63,168 nucleotides of DNA, filler included, from Octopus bimaculoides (GCF_001194135.2; 6 parts of 6 records of this genome joined end to end with filler, not necessarily neighbours in it), one strand, 5' to 3'. Shown: positions 14,747-28,924, counted from the whole stretch's first letter. A program made the numbers and translations. Notes: generated from the sequence alone by a model not told the origin.

Positions 14747-16241
14747 CACGCACCCGCGGGCACACTCACACACAAACATACACACACATTACCCACGCAC
14801 GCACGCGAAGATATGTAAAGGTAACATACAAGGACGAAAGTGTAGGAAGTTAGTGAGCCTCAAGCAATCCGTAGAAAATATTTAAAAAACAACCTTCAGG
14901 GATAATAGGGGTTTATTGGCGAAGAAGATTGAAAATTTTCCCCATTTCGAAAGACAATAATCTGAAAAAATTACTTTTATAGTTCACGGTTAGCAACAGC
15001 GTTTGTTGTATATGCGAATAAACATACCAAAATTAAGCAGTGGGGAAGATAAAATTCAGGCTACGTACGTTTCATAGGCAACGGAACCTCAGGGGTAGTA
15101 AATTATCCAAACGAGGTGGGTACTGCAAGCTACACTTCAGGCCAAAAATACCTTTATTATATGAAGTTTAAATTATCGTTAGGAGATTCCGTTTTAGCGT
15201 ATATGGTAGTATTCGAAAGGCGACATAGTTGTAAACAGTAAAACATAGTGTAAATGGCAATATCATTTGGATCATTCGTTTCTCCGTAATTTATTGAGTC
15301 GTCGCTTTCTGGCCATGTCAGTTCTGCAGATTTAAGTATATCTAGCGTTGTGGCACTGTGGAAATAGAAGACGATTTTCAAACGAATTTATCGACGCTAC
15401 AGGAGCGAATTACCAATGCGTATATATATATGTATATATAGCGGTATATTTAAGTTTAAAATAACGCTAAGTCTGCAGGACAAATTACAAAAAGTAGACA
15501 AATTACTAAACCATCAACTAAATTTACATTGCATCGATCGCACGGCGATTATATATTAATGGATTTGTATGTTATTATTAAATTTTTTTTTTTTTTATTC
15601 TGGGTATGCATTCAATAAACTTTGAATTATTCCGTGCTGCAGAGATTCAAAGTTTCAATGCAGGAATAATTAGAACTTTCGCGTTTAAATGACGAAACAT
15701 CATATTTCAAAGCAACACACTTCTGCAAATTTGAAATCAAACGATAAAAAATCCATCTTCTGATATAATAAATGGGTTAATAGAAACCAATGTAGCAAAG
15801 AACACAAAATAACTGTGCTTTAGTTCCTGTTTTTAAGGCAGGAACTCCTTCAAATTTTCAGTATTTGAGTATATTTAAGAATTTAAGTATTGGAGAAAAC
15901 GCATGTTATAATTGCATACTTTATTCCTACATATGTTTCATAGGATTACAACCTGTGTGATCCATAGGGATCTTTGATATTACTTGCATGCGTGAATGTA
16001 TATGTCCGTCTGTATATACATCGTTTTAGCATTAAAACCGGCGAATATTGACAAAGAGGACGAATATACGTGATTCATGAGTATGTTTTTATATTTAATC
16101 TAATTCAATTGATATGGGCATTCAGCTCACACGTAGTATGTGTGTATGTATAATGACGATGAAATACCCACATACATATAGCCTCATAGGCATGTACATA
16201 CATGTATAAATACATACACACATACATGTATACATACACAC

Positions 16242-16286
<45 letters not shown>

Positions 16287-18006
16287 TGTGTGTATGTGTA
16301 GTTCCTATCACGGAAAAGTAATGCTTCACATAATTGAGGATATATTCATAAACAAAACGCATGCGCACACGAACACAAACATATTCTTCAGTTTATTTAT
16401 TGTTTTTTCTCTCTGTTTGTGGATATGAAATTCGAAATCCAACATCTGCCGATACGTTAAGATCTACGAGAAATGAATTTATTGTGACAAATGACAATAT
16501 TACGTGGCACAAATACGTATACACCGGTAGATAAAAAAAAAACAATACATTCACAAAGGTGTGAGACACATCACAAAAGTCATTACAAAGAAACGCATTT
16601 ACACACACTATATGCTATATATACACAGGCACACATGCACACCACAGAAAAACTCTGTCGTCCGTGATATTGTTATGAATCATATATTTTTCTTTCTCGT
16701 ATTGCTTCTTTGGATTATTAGAGGGTAACATTTGGATCAAAGCGTATTATAACACAGAATACGGCTGTATTATTTGTCAGCATTGATATATAGTAGTAAA
16801 TATCTTTCGTACATTTTGTGTACATAGATACGTGTATTCTGTCATACACATATATACATTTGTGCATATATGATATATTGATATATATATATATATATAT
16901 ANNNNNNNNNNNNNNNNNNNNNNNNNNNNNNNNNNNNNNNNNNNNTTAATTAATTAANNNNNNNNNNNNNNNNNNNNNNNNNNNNNNNNNNNNNNNNNNN
17001 NTGTGTGTGTGTGTGTGTGTGTGTGTGTATTGGTTGTTTGAAGCATGAGAGCAATTTGTCAGTACAAAATGTGCAAAGTTTGTGACACTCTAACTAAAGT
17101 ATAGCAAGCGGGGACTGAGAGCATGTTCGTTATTGTTGTCCTTATCTATTAGTTAGGCGGGAAAGCAATACTCATGATCACTCACAGGCTATAGAAGCCA
17201 GATAGAGGAAGCTGTGAGACGCAAATGAACTCTCAAACACTTCTAAAGTTATAAAATATTAAACGTATTGCCATTGCTACCGTAAGTTAAGCTAATGACG
17301 GAAACTATTTTTTTGTTTGGTTGTGTTCATAGACATCTAGTGCAAAGCTCTGTCATGTATAACATAATTTCCCAAACAATTTGCAGCATCGCGAATAAAA
17401 CAGATAAGAATAAGCAATCACTATAAATAAAGAAATGTCACTGAGTGCGCCAGTATATAATAGATGAAATTTTCACAGAGCAAACCTCGCGACCTGCATT
17501 CAAATCAGAAGTATATTATCAGTTAGTGGAGTGGAAACTGTTAAATAATCTCGCAATCAACAGCGGACATTACAAAAGACAAATTGTCGCAACAAAATCA
17601 TTTCGTACATCTCCGTACAACTATGTATTATATTCCCCCTTCGTATTGGAAATGTGGAAGAAGTGCTACCACATTCTCGCATGTACATGACCTGCATAGG
17701 GATGTTGGTGAAGGAGCCCAGATATTGGCTACATTGGGATTATCTGCTGACTACGAATGAAAAACGGCTTTTTTTTTTATTCTTGATGAATTAGAATTTC
17801 GAATGGAAATTATGTCAACTAAACTCTCGATGACATGTCAGGCTACATTTCAGAGCCAAGTATGTGTCTTTCTTTTAGTTAATACTGCTTAAAGACGATT
17901 ACTTATCTACTGGGCATTTTATCTTATATTACTATGTTCCTTTCATATTGCCCTTCATGTGTTGGGTCCTAGTAGCTAAACGGAATCATCATCATTATTA
18001 TTTTCC

Positions 18007-18111
<105 letters not shown>

Positions 18112-21100
18112 ATGGTTTGGAATGGTTTAATCCACGTGGAACGAATTACTGTTATGACACAACTAGACATCACCAATATACTAGGTTTTGATACATATCT
18201 ACTACAGCTATTTAGATATCGTGTAAAGTTAAACACAGGCAAACAAACACACGGCTATATATACACATACTATTTTTATGCTTTAGTGGGAGCCTGAACC
18301 CGTACATATGTGTGTGCATTGTATTATAAACTTGGTTTGTCTAGATCTGTATAGGTTGCTCTTCCTATGTTGTCTATTATCGTCTTAGCTTTCTGAAATG
18401 TATAATTTAAAGAGGAAATTTCTACCAAACTAAGAAACTACATTAAATCAGTCATATATAAACACTCGCCTACATGCATACGAATACTCGCGCATACATT
18501 TACATAAGCTGAAATGCACAGATAAACATACATGGTCACCTACACATACACACTAAGATAAACGTAGACAGATATTCTACTCCCAGCTGAAATATAAGTA
18601 TAAAATTTCAAGACAACTCTAGAGTGAAAAGCTTATATTATTCCATATATTTATCTTCATTTGTATTTTTTTTTTTAATATTTATTCCTTTTCTTTGTTT
18701 TCGTCAATCTCGCAATGTCATTGTATTGCTTATTCAAATATCGTCATTGAAAGAAGAAACATTTCTTTTGGAAGTATAATTCCAGATTTGGCCGATAGAG
18801 AATTTACCCGTCAAAATAAGCCAGCTATATTGATCTAGCCGAAGTATACTTTACTGAACTTGTTAGGCAAAATTCCTGAATTCTCCGGAGGAAATATTTT
18901 TGAGTCCTTCACTAAACATAATAGTCGACAACAATTTCTAACCCTCACTCTCAATTATTCTCTTTATTTCCTTTTTACTCTATCGACTTCTCTGTCTTCG
19001 GTTTCCTCATTGTCTCCCTCAGCGTTTCTCTCTTTCAAATAAACACAAACATACGCGCGCACGCCCCCAGTCTTCTTATCTCTTTGACCACTTCTCTACT
19101 TCACCTTCTCTCTGTATCTCTCTTAACTGTGTCACAAACTTTCTCTTTATTTATCGTTTGTGTCTCAAGTTCTCTTAGGTATCAACTCATCAATATTCAA
19201 CTTTTGAAATATACTTGACGTTTAACCTCTGACCTTTCATTTACAACTGACATTTTCAGAAAGTTCGATGAAATATCTTCTGCTCTACTCAGGTTCAAAT
19301 ATTTGCTGACCGTTGTACTAACTTTCTTTTACACACACACACACACACACACGCACACAAACTCATATACTAAAACAAACAAATAAAGACAGGCAGATAG
19401 GTAGATAGATGGACAGAAAGTGTTTAAAGTATATAGAGAGACTTAGAAATATTAATAACTCTATATNNNNNNNNNNNNNNNNNNNNNNNNNNNNNNNNNN
19501 NNNNNNNNNNNNNNNNNNNNNNNNNNNNNNNNNNNNNNNNNNNNNNNNNNNNNNNNNNNNNNNNNNNNNNNNNNNNNNNNNNNNNNNNNNNNNNNNNNNN
19601 NNNNNNNNNNNNNNNNNNNNNNNNNNNNNNNNNNNNNNNNNNNNNNNNNNNNNNNNNNNNNNNNNNNNNNNNNNNNNNNNNNNNNNNNNNNNNNNNNNNN
19701 NNNNNNNNNNNNNNNNNNNNNNNNNNNNNNNNNNNNNNNNNNNNNNNNNNNNNNNNNNNNNNNNNNNNNNNNNNNNNNNNNNNNNNNNNNNNNNNNNNNN
19801 NNNNNNNNNNNNNNNNNNNNNNNNNNNNNNNNNNNNNNNNNNNNNNNNNNNNNNNNNNNNNNNNNNNNNNNNNNNNNNNNNNNNNNNNNNNNNNNNNNNN
19901 NNNNNNNNNNNNNNNNNNNNNNNNNNNNNNNNNNNNNNNNNNNNNNNNNNNNNNNNNNNNNNNNNNGGAGAAACAATTAAGATTAATGTGAATATTGATA
20001 AGTAGATTGATGTGAAGATACATAGGTATATATATATATATATATTTATTTCTGAGTATCTGTGCATTACTTTATATGTTTGCCTGTGTATGTAGTCATT
20101 TCTATATAATGTATAGAATAGACAGCACAAAACAATAAAATGTATTTTGAATATTTTGTACAGCAAGTCTGGTTGAAGATTTGAAATACTATAAATTGAA
20201 AAATGACGTTTTCTTACATAATTTTTTTTTTCTCGTCTGCTTGTTTATGTCTATCTCTTTTAACTAATCAATTTACTTTATTCAATACAACAACGCAAGC
20301 AACATATCTGTTTTCGTTATTTGCAAAACATTTATGCAATGAAAGAAGTCTTTACACACGCCGTACCCATTTTGTAGGTTCTATATAACTGACGTTTGGA
20401 ACATGTAGTAAGGAATAAGTGTTGTTATTTGGTGCAAGCTCTAAATATCAGGATTAAACTACAAGCTATAGTATTTATGTGAATGTTTACAATTTTCGAG
20501 AATGTATTTTGTGCCAACATGCTTCGTCTATTACTCGTTATGTTGTCAGAGCTACCACACAGTATCGTCATCACTGACATCACGAATGTACACGGCAATA
20601 TACTACACAATTAATTATAATCATATAGCTAATTATTTACTCCAATTACGGTGATATCTCGAAATAATTTTCGAAAATTCCTCACCTCAATTTATCGAGG
20701 CGTCATGCTCATAAAACTTAGAGGCATATAAGCAAACATTCTTAGTTTCTATAAACAGTGACGTACCCAATATCGATGGCATGGTAATGTACAGACAGTA
20801 AACAGTACAATGCACAATGGTCCACTAAACAGTCGTGTGAAGAAAGAAGACATGCAATAATATGACTTCGCTTCTATGAGTAGCAGAGTTAAAGTATTTA
20901 CACACTCTTTGAATTCGAGGTTCCACAATAACTGGTATCATTTCATGGTTAATGCAGCTGTATAACATGACTAATATCAAAGAAACTGCTTGTCTCTCTT
21001 AGGAATTAGTTGAACTTTGAACAATTTGCCAGACTTTTCTAGGCAACATTTCTAGCAAATGAGAAATTATTTCCATATCTACGACGGTGTTTAGAATATA

Positions 21101-22645
21101 CCGATATATTTACACACACCCACACACACACACACATACACGCACACACGCACGCACACACTCGCACACACACAGACAAACACATAGTCACACATACACA
21201 CACACTCACACACATACACTCACAGACACACATACACGCACGCACAGAAAGATTGATAGATAGATAGACAAAGATAGGTGTGTGTATATATGTGTATATA
21301 TTTGTGTGCGCGACTCTGTGTATGGGGCGATGTTGATATCAAAATGATGGTTTGTTTAGAGTGTTTGAACGTAAAGTCGAAATAGAGATATCAGAACTCA
21401 ATACATATCCGTGTTGTTTATTACGTAACACACAGAACAGAAAGTTGTGGAACTGCTACTATGCTGCAGTAATGAAAACGTTGCAACAAATATTTCCCTC
21501 TATAATGTTTTAGTGTTCCACGTGGCATGGATTCCACTGTCCTAAACTCATGTTTTACGAGACTAAAAGAAATCCCATTCTCGTATCCTCTGTATTCTGT
21601 TACAGCTCAGTTTCTGACAGATTCTAACCAATTAACTTTAATTAACCGTTGAACAACAGTGGAACTAATTGTATTGCTATTGAAGAAGAGGAGGATGTAC
21701 AAGATGATATCCCTCCCGATACATGTGATACAAGCGATAAGATTGCGGGTTAGCCTTGCGAAATAGCTTCAAATGATTTCGAGGATAATTCAAATGTTTG
21801 AGACTTGCTAATAACAAGACAATACAAATAGTTTGGCCTGGAAACATCCAAAGATGTTCCCCGCCTTTTAAGACTTAGCACGAGCAAGGAAAACTTGTAT
21901 TAGTAATTGTTTAAAGATAATATGACTATGTACTCAGGTAATCTACTCTCAGTATAATAAATGAAAATGCTGCAATTCTAACAAGATAAAGGAGGTACTA
22001 TATACATGTATATATATATATATATATATNNNNNNNNNNNNNNNNNNNNNNNNNNNNNNNNNNNNNNNNNNNNNNNNNNNNNNNNNNNNNNNNNNNNNNN
22101 NNNNNNNNNNNNNNNNNNNNNNNNNNNNNNNNNNNNNNNNNNNNNNNNNNNNNNNNNNNNNNNNNNNNNNNNNNNNNNNNNNNNNNNNNNNNNNNNNNNN
22201 NNNNNNNNNNNNNNNNNNNNNNNNNNNNNNNNNNNNNNNNNNNNNNNNNNNNNNNNNNNNNNNNNNNNNNNNNNNNNNNNNNNNNNNNNNNNNNNNNNNN
22301 NNNNNNNNNNNNNNNNNNNNNNNNNNNNNNNNNNNNNNNNNNNNNNNNNNNNNNNNNNNNNNNNNNNNNNNNNNNNNNNNNNNNNNNNNNNNNNNNNNNN
22401 NNNNNNNNNNNNNNNNNNNNNNNNNNNNNNNNNNNNNNNNNNNNNNNNNNNNNNNNNNNNNNNNNNNNNNNNNNNNNNNNNNNNNNNNNNNNNNNNNNNN
22501 NNNNNNNNNNNNNNNNNNNNNNNNNNNNNNNNNNNNNNNNNNNNNNNNNNNNNNNNNNNNNNNNNNNNNNNNNNNNNNNNNNNNTATATATACATATATA
22601 TATATATATATATGATATCCACATACATAAAAAAACAAAAAAATA

Positions 22646-22950
22646 TGAGTATATTTGGTAGACGGAAACTGAAAGAGGATTGTCATGGGTATGTGTGTGT
22701 GTGTTCGTGAATATTTATGGGTGTGTGCGTGGGGAGGTGTTTCTTTCTGACTGTTTGTTTCTCCTTCACATCTTCACAACTGGTGTTGGTGTCTTTACGT
22801 CTCATAGCTTAGCAGTTCGGCAAAAGAACCAATAACATTAATAATAGGATTTTAAAAAATAAGTCCCGATGTCGATTCGCTTGAGTAAAGCCTTCAAAGC
22901 GGTGCTCCAGCAAAGCCACAGTCAGATGACTGAAACAAGTAAAAGAATAC
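22646..22950 (+). mobile_element. 5'-truncated tRNA-derived SINE (family A)
   Basis: Shares tttggtagacggaaactgaaag, cttagcagttcggcaaaag and gcggtgctccagca...tgactgaaacaagtaaaagaata with the copies at 23988 and 52826. Confidence 0.8.
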
Positions 22951-23987
22951 AATAAAAAAACATGTACAGGGTGTAAATAAATTGTGTTTACAATCTACAA
23001 TTTGCCATCTGGATATTTTGTGTGAAACCAAGTGATCCCACGTGGAAGTGTTCTGATGTTTTTAATAACACTTCATTCGTTTGCCAATAAACTCTGCTAA
23101 GTTAACCTTATTTTCCATTTTCTTTTTCTTAATTGTACAACTTGTAAAGGCAATTTCTGGACATCTGATATATACATATATCAATGTAAATATATGGGCC
23201 TGTGCGTACGCTACAATATCTTCGTTTATAGAGACATGAGAATGTGTGTTTTGTATGTGAAGCAATTAATTTTGATTTTGTACGTCTACTCATTGCATAA
23301 ATAATTTAATGCATAACTTGAAAAGCATTTCAAGCAGTTTAAATGCAGTGAGTCATATATCGATGCAAGTATAGCTACAATGCGCAGTTTACTGAATTTC
23401 CAAATATCCAGTCAAATAATTTGCCCCAATACACATGTCACGTAAATTCTCGTCTCACATATATAAGCATGTATGTGCACACGCATATACATACCATCAT
23501 ACATGCATACATACGTACATGCGTACCTAGTTGCATGTATATGCCCATATACTTAGTTGGGCGAGTGTGAGCGCGTATGTATATGTGTGCGTGTGTGTAA
23601 ATGTGTGTGTGCGTGTGTGTGTGTATGTAAATGTGCGTCTAAGCACGAACGCAGCATAAATATGTTCGTCAGAGTATTATCTCCCTTTCAACTGCAATTT
23701 CCTTGTCTTTCTTTTAACAGTTACAACAGTGAAGGCTCATTAAGTCATTTTCTCTCAATTAGAATGTATTATTTTCACGTTCATAATGGGATTTTTTGCA
23801 TTTAAATAATTTTCCTGTTTTTGCTAATTCGCGAATTTGATGGACTTATAGCGTTACGGAAGCTGACTCAGGAAATCTCTAGTGAGACATTTTATTGATG
23901 TACACGAAAAGACGCAGAACGGGTCGAAACATGTGTTGTACCCAAGAGCAACTATTACATTTATCATCTATTTTATTAATACTATAC

Positions 23988-24157
23988 GCACAGGAGTGGC
24001 TGTGTGGTAAGTAGCTTGCTTACCAACCACATCGTTCCGGGTTCATTCCTATTGCGTGGTAACTTGGGCAAGTGTTTTCTACTATAGCCTCGGGCCGACC
24101 AAAGCCTTGTGAGTGGATTTGGTAGACGGAAACTGAAAGAAGCCCGTCATATATATA

Positions 24158-24206
<49 letters not shown>

Positions 24207-24375
24207 ACACACACACACACACACACACACACATAATATATATATATATGTATGTTTGTGTATATGTTTGTGTGCCTGTGTTTGTCCCCCCCAACAAAGC
24301 TTGACAACCGATGCTGGTGTTTACGTCCCCATATCTTAGCAGTTCGGCAAAAGTGACCGATAGAATAAGTACTAG
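23988..24375 (+). mobile_element. tRNA-derived SINE (family A) with an internal (TA)n/(CA)n expansion
   Basis: Head gcacaggagtggctgtgtggtaag (A-box-like) and gggttcattcc (B-box-like); body ctatagcctcgggccgaccaaagccttgtgagtggatttggtagacggaaactgaaagaagcccgtc; microsatellite at ~24148-24250. Confidence 0.85.
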
Positions 24376-24689
24376 AGATCCAATGAATATATATTGAGGT
24401 CGATTAACGTTGTGTTAACAAAATACTAGATGAAGACAAATATCCGTTGAATGTAAAGAATGTAAATAATAACCCGAAGTAGTTCCGCAACGCATAAATC
24501 AGGTTCTTATTATTGAATCTTTAAAATTTATACTTCAGAACATTAATTTTGTATTTGATGATATCTGCTATCGTCAAAAATGCAGAATAGTGATGGAAAA
24601 GAAAGCAGCCCTTGGTCTTGCGAACCTGGTAATCGGTTATTTTGAATTCACCATTTATAAAGTGTCACTTCAAAATATGGCTATCAATT

Positions 24690-25117
24690 TTACCACGAAA
24701 CCAACGGTTAAAAAATGTGGACGCCCAAACAGTGGAACATACCCCAACCTAAGTGTAGGCTCGGATTTCTTTTCAAATAAGAAGCGAGATTCATAATTAA
24801 AATCAACTTCACTTGTGTCTCAAAGAACTTAATCGCTGTAATAACCTGTTCGGGGTGTAGACATCCCTATATAGGACAGATGAATAAGTCATTGAGACGA
24901 AGAATAACTTTACACAAAGAGCAGATCCGGTTCCCGCAATATAGATATATTCCTTTAAGTGAACACATAGAGAGATGTGTGTGGTGGTAACATCAAACCA
25001 AATTTCATAGTTTTCTCCTTCAACCAATGCAATGATACAATTCCTATGCAAGAACGTTTAAATAAAGAAAATTTATTCATCGAAAAATACAGAACAAGTC
25101 TACATAGGCACGCATAA
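24690..25117 (+). mobile_element. Penelope-like element, GIY-YIG endonuclease remnant
   Basis: Frameshifted translation KPTVKKCGRPN...IKINFTCVSKNLIAVITCSGCRHPYIGQMNKSLRRRITLHKEQIRFPQYRYIPLSEHIERC...ERLNKENLFIEKY shows the C-x2-C...YIG...R-x3-H...E pattern of PLE GIY-YIG domains. Confidence 0.8.
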
Positions 25118-26189
25118 CCAACTTTGATCTCTATAATATTTTAATTCACGATTATATATATCATCATCGTACATATTTCTCCCCACTACTCTAGTTTTTG
25201 AATTTGTGTGTGTGTGTGTGAATATATATATATATATATATATATATTCCCTCCTCCACCGAAAGGTGAATAATTATCTCCCCTGTTCACAATAATGACC
25301 ATAACGAATTACCTACTCGTTAAATCATTCATTTATAAACTCTACACACAACATGGACAAACAATTTTCTTAAGAAAATACGTATTTAAATAAATATGAT
25401 GTCATGATTAACGATCGACAATTCTAATATAAAATACATTNNNNNNNNNNNNNNNNNNNNNNNNNNNNNNNNNNNNNNNNNNNNTTAATTAATTAANNNN
25501 NNNNNNNNNNNNNNNNNNNNNNNNNNNNNNNNNNNNNNNNATATATATATATACAAACACATACACACACACATATATATATATATACATATATTTAGTA
25601 GAAAATAGGAAAATAGAATAAGGAGACGAACTCTCGGGATGTTGTGAAACCATTTATATCTTGAATTCTTCCAAATATGTTTTGATGGATGGACTCCAAA
25701 ATGTCTGACAGGATAAATTATGGTAAGCAATGCCTCAATCTTATCAGGAAGGATATAAATAACCAGCTCATCAAACAGACATGTTAACAGAAATGGAATA
25801 GTCCTACAAAATATAACGTATTTAAATTAATATGCACACACCTGTACACACACTCAAATATGTAACGTGTAAATATAAATATTATATACCTACAAAAAAA
25901 CGCCAACGTATACAAACACATACATACACACGCATTAAAATACATACACATAAATATATATATATACATATATACACACATGCACACATATACTTTCTTC
26001 CATACATAAACATATGCATAAATATATACATAAGTACATATATATTCAAATAGATACATACGCAGAAATATACTGACAGACATATGCATATATATCTATA
26101 CATATAGTCGTACATATTCTCACGGTAACAACATAGAAACATACTTATGCTAAAGTATTCATTTGCAATCACATACTTATACACATAAA

Positions 26190-26960
26190 CAAACAATCAC
26201 ATACATACACAAGAGCATACACATCCCAAAACATCGATAGACCCAAACACATAATTGTATACACATGCACTCACTTACTTAAGCACATATACATTATTGT
26301 TCATTCACAAAATACATACGAACAGGGGATGCTAAGAATTTAAAATGACATTATGAAAATGAACAAGATATTGTGAGAGAAGGAAAACGCTTAGAAAGAT
26401 TGGGAGTGGGAAGGACAGGAAGGATAAAACAAAGTAAAAAAAACAGAGAGAGGGGAGGGAGAGGAACAGGTCAATTGTAAATATAAAATTGCATGAAAAG
26501 AAAGGAAAGAAGGGGAGAGGGGGGAAAATTATAGGAAGAAAAAATAAAAGAAAATTTGCAGAAATTATCATTAGATTATGGGAGTTCACACACATCCCAA
26601 AACATCGACACAAACACTATAACAAACCCATACACACACTAAGCACATATACATTATTGGGCACGCCGAAAATATACATATGTACAATAGCAAAAACGGG
26701 CATATACACATATACATATATGGGAAGCCAGGTAGTAAGGTACGTCTAGAAATTTAAAATGGTTTTAAGAAAATTAATTAGATTGGGTGAGAGGAGAAAG
26801 GGAATAGAAAGATATGAAAGGAAAAAAAAACAGGGGGATAGTGAAGAGGAACAGGCGAAGTAAAGGTTATGGGAAGTAAGATGGAAGAATAAAGAAAAGA
26901 AAATTTGGAGAAAATATTATTATGGTGGATAGTAATTGAAATATTTGAAAGAATTAACAG
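26190..26960. repeat. Diverged tandem duplication, period ~350-385 bp
   Basis: Repeated anchors: cacatcccaaaacatcga (26220, 26591), aagcacatatacattattg (26281, 26641), gaggaacagg (26461, 26846), aaagaaaatttg (26547, 26896). Confidence 0.7.
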
Positions 26961-26974
26961 TGGGTTTTTTTTTC

Positions 26975-28570
26975 AATGAATACATTTTAAAATTCTCTCT
27001 GTAAATTTGCTTACCAATTTATGTTTAGAGAAGACAATAAAATACTGCTCTTCCATGCATAAAGGACAGAAAGATTTCCCTTTATCATAAGGAAAAGATC
27101 AAGAAAGAATTTTCCATTCTAAAGGACCTTGAGGTTCCAGATTAGTTTACTGAGTCCCGTAGATTTCCGATTGTATTTAAATGTAGAGAAGTGGTTGGCC
27201 AGACAGGTTTTCGAAAATGTTGAGGATAATCCAATATAAACATATTCTTTTTTACTAGAAGTAACCTTGCATTGGTAAATGGCGTTTTCAATTCTGCAGT
27301 TTCCATTTAGGATACAGGTTTTACCAGGGCCACAATTGCAAACACTGGTTGCATTGTTGTTACCATTTAAGGAGAGATTACTGTTAATGTTATTGTTAGT
27401 GTTAATAAGGTTGCTAGTATTATTAGAACAGAGATTAAAACCTCTTAGAATACGGTTATTATGTGAAGATATAATTTGTGAGATGTTACCGGTATTGGAA
27501 AAACCTACTCTAATACAGTGCGTTAAAAATCCAGTGATATCTAGAATTAATAGGGGAAGTTTCTATTGCTTGACAAAATAATAGAGAAGGTTACTTTTTA
27601 CTTGTTTACCGTATGGAATAATTAACCAAATATTTTTTATTAGGGGTGTGTGACTCATGGCAAAAATTATTACCTTAAAATTTGTTTTATTATTGTAGCA
27701 TAAGAATGACGTGTAATTTTGGTTACTTCTCTTTGACTGTTTGCTTTTAGGAATACGAGATTGAGGAAAATTGTTATTTTGATGAAATTGGTTATTATTC
27801 GGATTATAAACAAAGGTGGGAGTAATATAAGAACCACTGTTGTTAATGTCTCTATGACTGTTATTATTGTTATAACTACTGTTGTTGTTATTAGTATAGT
27901 TGAGGCCAATTTGGTTATAATATTTAATCTGTTCCTTATATTCTGCTATATATAAGGCTGAGTTATAAAAGTCAGCATTACTATTGAAAATAGTTTTGTT
28001 GGTGGATAATTTAGGGATTCTAAAAGATATGTTTTTTAACTACGTTGCTTGTAATATTGCGATGGTGATTACTAAAGACACTAATGTATTTCAGGTTAGT
28101 TGAAGGTTTATGGTATGAGAAATACAATTCCGAATTTAAGTTTAGTGTAAGGTCAAGGAAGTTGACCTGAGTTCTATCATCATCAAAGGAAATACCTAGG
28201 CCCAAATTACTGAAGAATTTGACCAAATCACTTTTAAGTTTTTGCAGTTTTTGATTAGAGGTATTTTGTAGGTAAAGTAGGCAATCATCACGATTGGTCT
28301 TCGGGTTTGTATAGGATATAGATTCCGACCAAATCTGAAGCTTGAGCTGAATCAGAACTTCCCATTGGTATATTGAAGCAATCAGGTTGGTCCTTACAAA
28401 TCCATAGTTTATTATCAAATTGGATGATAGATTTTCTTGCTGCTAGGATAACATTAATTTCATTGCAGGTGAGACTTTGATACACCAGTGGGAAGCATAA
28501 CCCTATAGTTAGCCTCACTGGTTCGATTTCCAGAAAAAAATGCATAAGTAAATGAGTGAAAATTGAACCG
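26975..28570 (-). mobile_element. Penelope-like element, RT C-terminal half, thumb and GIY-YIG (degenerate)
   Basis: EINVILAARKSIIQFDNKLWICK...FNIPMGSSDSAQASDLVG; DDCLLY; VNFLDLTLNL...YHKP...YISVFSNH; CNCGPGKTCILNGNCRIENAIYQCKVT; WKILS*SFPYDKGKSFCPLCMEE. Multiple stops and frameshifts. Confidence 0.85.
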
Positions 28571-28924
28571 NNNNNNNNNNNNNNNNNNNNNNNNNNNNNN
28601 NNNNNNNNNNNNNNNNNNNNNNNNNNNNNNNNNNNNNNNNNNNNNNNNNNNNNNNNNNNNNNNNNNNNNNNNNNNNNNNNNNNNNNNNNNNNNNNNNNNN
28701 NNNNNNNNNNNNNNNNNNNNNNNNNNNNNNNNNNNNNNNNNNNNNNNNNNNNNNNNNNNNNNNNNNNNNNNNNNNNNNNNNNNNNNNNNNNNNNNNNNNN
28801 NNNNNNNNNNNNNNNNNNNNNNNNNNNNNNNNNNNNNNNNNNNNNNNNNNNNNNNNNNNNNNNNNNNNNNNNNNNNNNNNNNNNNNNNNNNNNNNNNNNN
28901 NNNATATATATATATTAATATTCA

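Noticed and set aside
16946-16957. TTAATTAATTAA embedded in ~100-bp N runs, recurring at 16946, 25485, 42287, 52431 and 57924
   Set aside because: An identical 12-mer centred in fixed-size gaps, with stops in all six frames, is an assembly linker, not biology. Adjacency across these joins should be treated with caution.
17445-17760. ORF fragments faintly resembling an integrase zinc-binding region (HDLHRDVG)
   Set aside because: It needs several frameshifts and has no HHCC or DDE motif; too weak to call.
21640-21860. Acidic peptide EEEEDVQDDIPPDT, and a similar one on the minus strand at 59560-59760, as piggyBac remnants
   Set aside because: The similarity is compositional only; no catalytic motifs or paired TTAA-flanked TIRs were found.
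22965-23170. TACAGGGTGT mariner-like terminus
   Set aside because: No partner TIR or convincing transposase translation.
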